From: Protoeuglena noctilucae
Lineage: Eukaryota
DNA: 64,000 nt
Assembly (NCBI GenBank): GCA_958009085.1
Contig: OY253670.1
Span: 1,488,001 to 1,552,000, forward strand
Direction of reading: 5' to 3'
Numbering within the stretch: position 1 is the first letter of the stretch; each line of letters starts with the position of its first letter. Positions 52,038-64,000 of this stretch are shown here, piece after piece. Below the pieces are notes generated by a model that saw only the letters and a program-made list of their open reading frames with translations, was not told the origin of the DNA and made no database searches. The position numbers were made by a program, and so were the translations under genes.

Positions 52038-53221
52038 TCACCAGCGACCCGTCAGCCCCCCAATGACTTTGACAAGGTCAAAAATGTTACCCTTCTTGGA
52101 CCTCGCCCTCCGGTTCTCCTCCATGGCGCGCTTGACGGACGCGGGCGTGCGCGGGTCCTCGGTGGCGGCAGCCAGGGCCGCGCGCCAGGAGACGAGCAGG
52201 GCGAAGGTGACGGCCATCGACACGGCGATGAAGGGAGTGGGAGGGACGCGCATCTGGAGCAGCCCGCTACGAGGAACGGCGAGGGTGGGGCCATGAATCG
52301 CACTCCCCATACTTCAACCAGGCATCCCCGCCCTCGTCATGCGTGGCGGAGCTTGCGATGGCTCCCGTCCCCAAGTGAGCCAACGAGAGCTTCGCTGTCT
52401 TGACGACGACGCTCACCGGATGGCGAGGCCCGCGGGAATGCCCACGGCCCAGCATTGCGCGGCCTTGGCAGCGGCCGGCACCGCCTCCCAGCCCCGTGCC
52501 GCCTTCCCATATCCATCCAGCCAGGCACACGACCCCAGCCACCCCAGCACGAAAGGCAAGGCCGTCCCCAGCGTCTCAAGGCTCGCCACCGTCTCATGGT
52601 GGGAGCCCCTGTGGCAGCGACATGGGGAGCGATGAACGGCTGCCCAGGGTCGTTGCTGTGTCGACTGACTATGTATCCTATTTGTCAGAATATGATACAA
52701 GCATCGATGCGCTCCTTGCCTGCCGATGGCGGCGAAGAGCACCAGCGCCGCCACGTCCCCCGCGACCAGCAGCGCCACGCGCCCGGCCCCATCCGAGTCC
52801 CTGCCCGCCTGGTCGACGAACGCGACGCCCTGGACATCCACGCCCGGGTCCTGGACTCCGTACACCTGCGAACATCAAGTCGATGCTCGCGGTCGCATGC
52901 AGGGCGGCGCGGGTGCGGAGATAGGCCTTCAAGGACACTGCGCTCACCTTGGTGCCGGGCGCCACGAAGCCGGGAGGCGGCGGGGGCATCGTTCGAGGGA
53001 GGCCGCGCTTAATCAAGTCCTCCTCTGTCAGGACCCGCCCAGAAGATTTGGCGGGAGCGTTGCTCGGCGCGGAAACCTCCGCGCTGCGCCTGGGATCCTC
53101 AGCTCGCACACACACGGGGCCCCGCAGGACGGCGCAAGCCGCCCCACATGGCAAGGCTCGCGTGAATGACGGGTTGAGCACCCTGCGACGAGGCGTCGCG
53201 AAGTTGGCATGACAATGGCAT
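52038..53221 (-). CDS. DUF3054 family plastid membrane protein; start approximate
   Basis: GDVAALVLFAAIGR|GSHHE...TALPFVLGW...WAVGIPAGLAIR...PPTPFIAVSM...KKGNIFDLVKVIGGLTGRW*; GC-AG intron at 52609-52719. Confidence 0.82.
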
Positions 53222-53550
53222 GACGAGGGGACTCCAACACCGCGGATGGGTCACCCGCTCCCTCGCGTGCGCCCTTGCCTTCGAATGGCGCTCATCGCGG
53301 GGACCGATAAGGAGGAAGGGAACCAACGGCGTCGAGTGCCACTGCCTCAGTGCGCGAGCGGCTCAGATGTGCTGCGATCGTCGTCCACTCTCGACGGGCG
53401 ATGCTGCACGCAGCCGATTCGTTCAAAAACGCCGCGGCTGCTTGTTTGTTGCGGGACTTTGCCAAGGTGGCGCAATCATAGTCAGCGCGAGACGCTGTCA
53501 GAGAGCGACAGGCGCCAGGGCAATTCGTGTTTTCGGGGCAGGGTGTCCCC

Positions 53551-60431
<6,881 letters not shown>

Positions 60432-61100
60432 CGCGTGTCGTCGCACGCCAGTCCGCGGAGAACTCAAGCTCCTAAATGCAGGCTTACAATCGAGAGGGGC
60501 CCCGCCAACGGAAATCAGGCTCAATTGCATGCTCCCATGCTCGCAGGCCTAACCCTCACTGGCTGGCAGATCGCGAATGGCTGCATGCAGGCAGAGGCGT
60601 TGGGCTGAGAGCTGATGGCTGGCACGGCCCACTTGTCTGGCGCTACGCCCGTCTGCCAGGGACCATTGAGCAACTTTGTGCACGCGCTTTGCCATCATTA
60701 CTTTCGTGGTTGAGCTCAAACCCCTTCTGCGGGACACGGTGGTCCAACGACCAGCTGCATGCCCAGCTTTGTGCAGGACCCTTTAAAGAGCTCCCTGAAG
60801 GTCATCTGAAGGAATCCATAGCAACATCAGCTTTAGGACATTGAGTATTGTATGGTCACGAGGTGGACGTCGTCTGAAAGCAGGCGGTCCGCGCAGGCGA
60901 GGAGCGGTGCAGGGCGCAAGCGGGCGAAAGCGTGCTGAGCGAGGCTGAAGCCCCGCTGTGGAACTCGCTTGACTCTTCTTGAGGTGTTCGCGTCATTAGC
61001 TAGCAACAGGCGCTTTAACCTCTGCCAAGCGACGTCAAAAAAGCCAGCCAAAACCATTCGTTGACGTTCTGATGTGCAGGGCCAGCCGGCGTCGTCCGGT

Positions 61101-64000
61101 ATGGCAGGGACGTCGACGCAGACGGACACAGTCGAGCCCAATGGGAGGCCCGATGACGAGTCCCGCCCTCGTGGGGCAAAGCAGGTGGGTGTCGCGGCGC
61201 GGCAGAAACAAGAGACCGCTGTCTGCTCAGGACACGGTGGCACGGTGTCTCCCTGCAGAGTGTCAGTATCCTGCACGAGGGGTCGGAGGAGACCGGGACG
61301 TGCGGCGAGGGCCTCGTCTTGTTCCTCAAGTTCGGGCCCTACACTCGACGGCGCGCGTGGAACGGCGAGGGCAGCGCGCCTCGCCCAGCGCCCCTGCATC
61401 TTTCCATCGCTCGAAGCAAAGGCATTTACCGCGCAGTCTGGCCCGCTACGCGCAGGGAAGACGTGGCATGACCTTGTAGAGCTTTTCCAGCAGACCTTCT
61501 CTCTCCCCCCCGCGATGCTTTTGCTTGAGGACGACTTCTCTTTGCGGCACAGGCGAGTGTTTACTCGTGGCAGGCGGAGAGGGAGCTTGGCGCCGCGCAG
61601 CCGCGCGCCAAGACGATGTTGTGCTTGGGCCCCTGCAGAGTGTATGGCGTAGAGTACAGCAACTTCAGTTTGTCGGACCTTTACCCCCACGCGGTCGTCG
61701 AGCTTCGGGAGCCTCGCAGCTGGGCGGCGGCCAACGGCGGCGAGTCGCACACGGAGCAGCTGCGCAGGGATGCAGGTGGGCGGTTCCTTTCCGAAGTCCC
61801 TGCTGTCGCAGTGGGTGCTTGACGTGCCACATCATGCATTCTGTCATCGCATCTTGCCCCGCTCGTCTCCCTCAGCGGCTGTCGATGTGCCCCGGGCCAA
61901 GGGGGACCCCCCAGGGTCGCTGGGTGGGGCGGGGAGCGGCGAGGAGGCGGCAGGGCTGGACGACGACGACAAGAGTGAGCGCCTCGCTGCCAAGCAGCCG
62001 AGTATGCTTTCCATCCTGACGCTCCTCGCGTCTTCCAACTATGTGCCGCTGCTCTGGCTGCTGCAGTCGCCCAGGACCCCGAGGGCTTCCTGCGTTCGAT
62101 GCGGGAGAGGGCGCGCACGGCCATGAACGCCGGCATCCAGGCGCGGATCCGCGACAGGCGGCCCAAGTGGCTGCAGAAGGCGAGTGCGGGAGAGACACCT
62201 GCGCATCAGCGACCGTGCCCTGCGCATGCGTGGCATCTCCCAGCCCCACGCTTGTCCCCACGCTCCCTGCAGGTGTGGCAGTTCCTCGACGACCCGTCCA
62301 GCTCCCTCGGGGCACAGCTCTGGATGGTGTTCATGATCTCCGTCATCGTCTACAGCACCATCACCTTCATGGTCTCCACCCTCCCTTACTACAACAAGGC
62401 GAGTCGCTGGCTTTGGCAACCTCCTCACGCATCGCACTCCCACTCCCACCCCCACTCCCAACCCCACTCCCACACAGGAGATGGTCGACAGCCCCTTCGG
62501 CCGCTGGTTCGCCATGGAGGCCGTGGCCATCGCCGTCTTCACCTTCGAGATCGCCCTGCGCCTGGCCTCGTGCAAGAGCATCCTGCAGTACTTCTTCCCC
62601 CTCGTCCCCGGCGCCGACCCCTCCCAGCAGACCCGGAGCGTCAACCTCATGAACTGGGTCGACATCGTGTCGGTCGTGCCCTTCTACGTCGAACTCGGGT
62701 TCCAGCGCAAGAGCTCCGTCCCGGGACTGCAGGCGCGGGGCTGGCGGACGCGATGGCACGTGTGATGGACTGACCATGCGACTGCGACACGCTTGCAATG
62801 TGCCAGGCGCTGGTCTCCACCTGTGCCCGTCCACCTATGCCGATATCTACCTGTGACCCCATGTCATGTTCTCATTTTCAGATATCCCCTTCTCTCTCCC
62901 CCCCAGGTGCTTCGGGTGCTGCGCCTGGTCCGCGTGTTCCGCCTCTTCCGCGTCAGCCGCTCCTCCATCGAGGTCTTCCGCCGCACCATGGCCGCCAGCT
63001 CCCACCCCATGTCCATGCTCCTCTTCTTCGTCGCCATGGGCGTCGTCATCTTCGCCAGGCGAGCAAGGGGGGGACCTGAGCAGGGGTTTTTGTGACGACA
63101 CAATCCTAGGCACAAGCATGATACTTAGGCGAACCCCGGGCCCGTGTCGATAAGGGTACAAGCATGATGCCTAGGCAAACCCTGCCAGTGCCTTGCGCCT
63201 CGTGCAGCCTGGAGTACTACTGCGAGAGGGGGACGTACGACACGGCGCTGGTGAGGGTGATGTTGAGACAAACAAGAAGGGGCGCAGTGCACTGAGAGGT
63301 CCAGGCCTAGTGAGAGTGAGAGTGAGAGTAGACTTGTTCATTCGTGTTCGCAGAAGATCTGGAAGCGGCCCGTCGGGTTTCATTGCCTCTTTGACGCCGA
63401 AGAGACGGCCTCGGGGGTGGCCATCAACGACGCATGGATCGCCAACAACGCGCCCACGTGCGTCGTCAGCCAGCAGATATCCACGGTGAGCCAGCGCCTG
63501 CCATGCATGCGCACACCGGGGTGCCCCACCCCGAGCACCCGGCAGTGACCACGACCGTACTTGGTGTGCCACCCCCGCGGCTCACCCCAGCCTCATACTG
63601 TCCCTGCCCCTTCCTCAGACGCATGCCGTGCTGGACTGCCTGGTGGAGTACCGCCACGTGCCCTCCCGGTCCCAGAGCGACTGCCTCACCGTGTACCAGG
63701 TGTCGCCCTTTGCGTCCATCCCGGAGTCCTTCTGGTTCACCATCGTCGCACTCATGGCGGTCGGATACGGAGACGTGTACCCGGTCCTGGCGAGTTTCTC
63801 ATTTGCACAATCAGCATTTGCGCTGGGAGCGACAGGCGCGGCTGCGTGACACAGTGAAGAGCTCACCTGCCCCTGCAGTGGTACGGCAAACTCATGGCGT
63901 CGCTGGTCATGATCTTCGGCGTCCTCATCATCGCCCTGCCCATCTCAGGCAAGTGCTGTCACCAGGATGCCCCTCCAGCAATGCTGGCCGCGCCCCTCGC
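61101..64000 (+). CDS. Voltage-gated K+ channel (Kv-like, S1-S6); 3' end runs off window
   Basis: LDDPSSS, FTFEIALR, NWVDIVSVVPFYV, S4 LRVLRLVRVFRLFRVSR, pore SIPESFWF...VGYGDVYP, S6 GVLIIALPIS. Confidence 0.93.

Overview
Gene-dense, very GC-rich eukaryotic DNA from a plastid-bearing, flagellated green alga. The evidence is CCB4 and other transit-peptide genes, IFT43, TMEM17, katanin p80 and some TGTAA poly(A) signals; the species cannot be determined. I read about 21 intron-rich protein genes, with introns mostly 75-210 nt: katanin p80, a coiled-coil protein, TMEM14/FAX, two Aurora-like kinases, two head-to-head SMP/C2 synaptotagmin-like genes, ataxin-10, BCCIP, TMEM17, HACD/PAS2, DUF493, a CRTISO-like oxidoreductase, IFT43, CCB4, an R3H-DExH-ankyrin helicase, DUF3054, GH2 beta-galactosidase, a Kv channel and two hypothetical proteins. 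No RNA genes, CRISPR arrays or intact mobile elements were recognised. Most notable observations: (1) about 34 hand-traced GC-AG introns, roughly one in five, with a tight G|GC context; (2) a Kv channel with a non-canonical filter (AVGYGD), a Bud6/AIP3-like beta-grasp N-terminal domain instead of T1, and 8 of 13 GC donors; (3) a 775-bp duplication with a templated 110-bp insert inside a kinase gene, which can be hidden in one enlarged intron. All gene models are manual and some ends are approximate.
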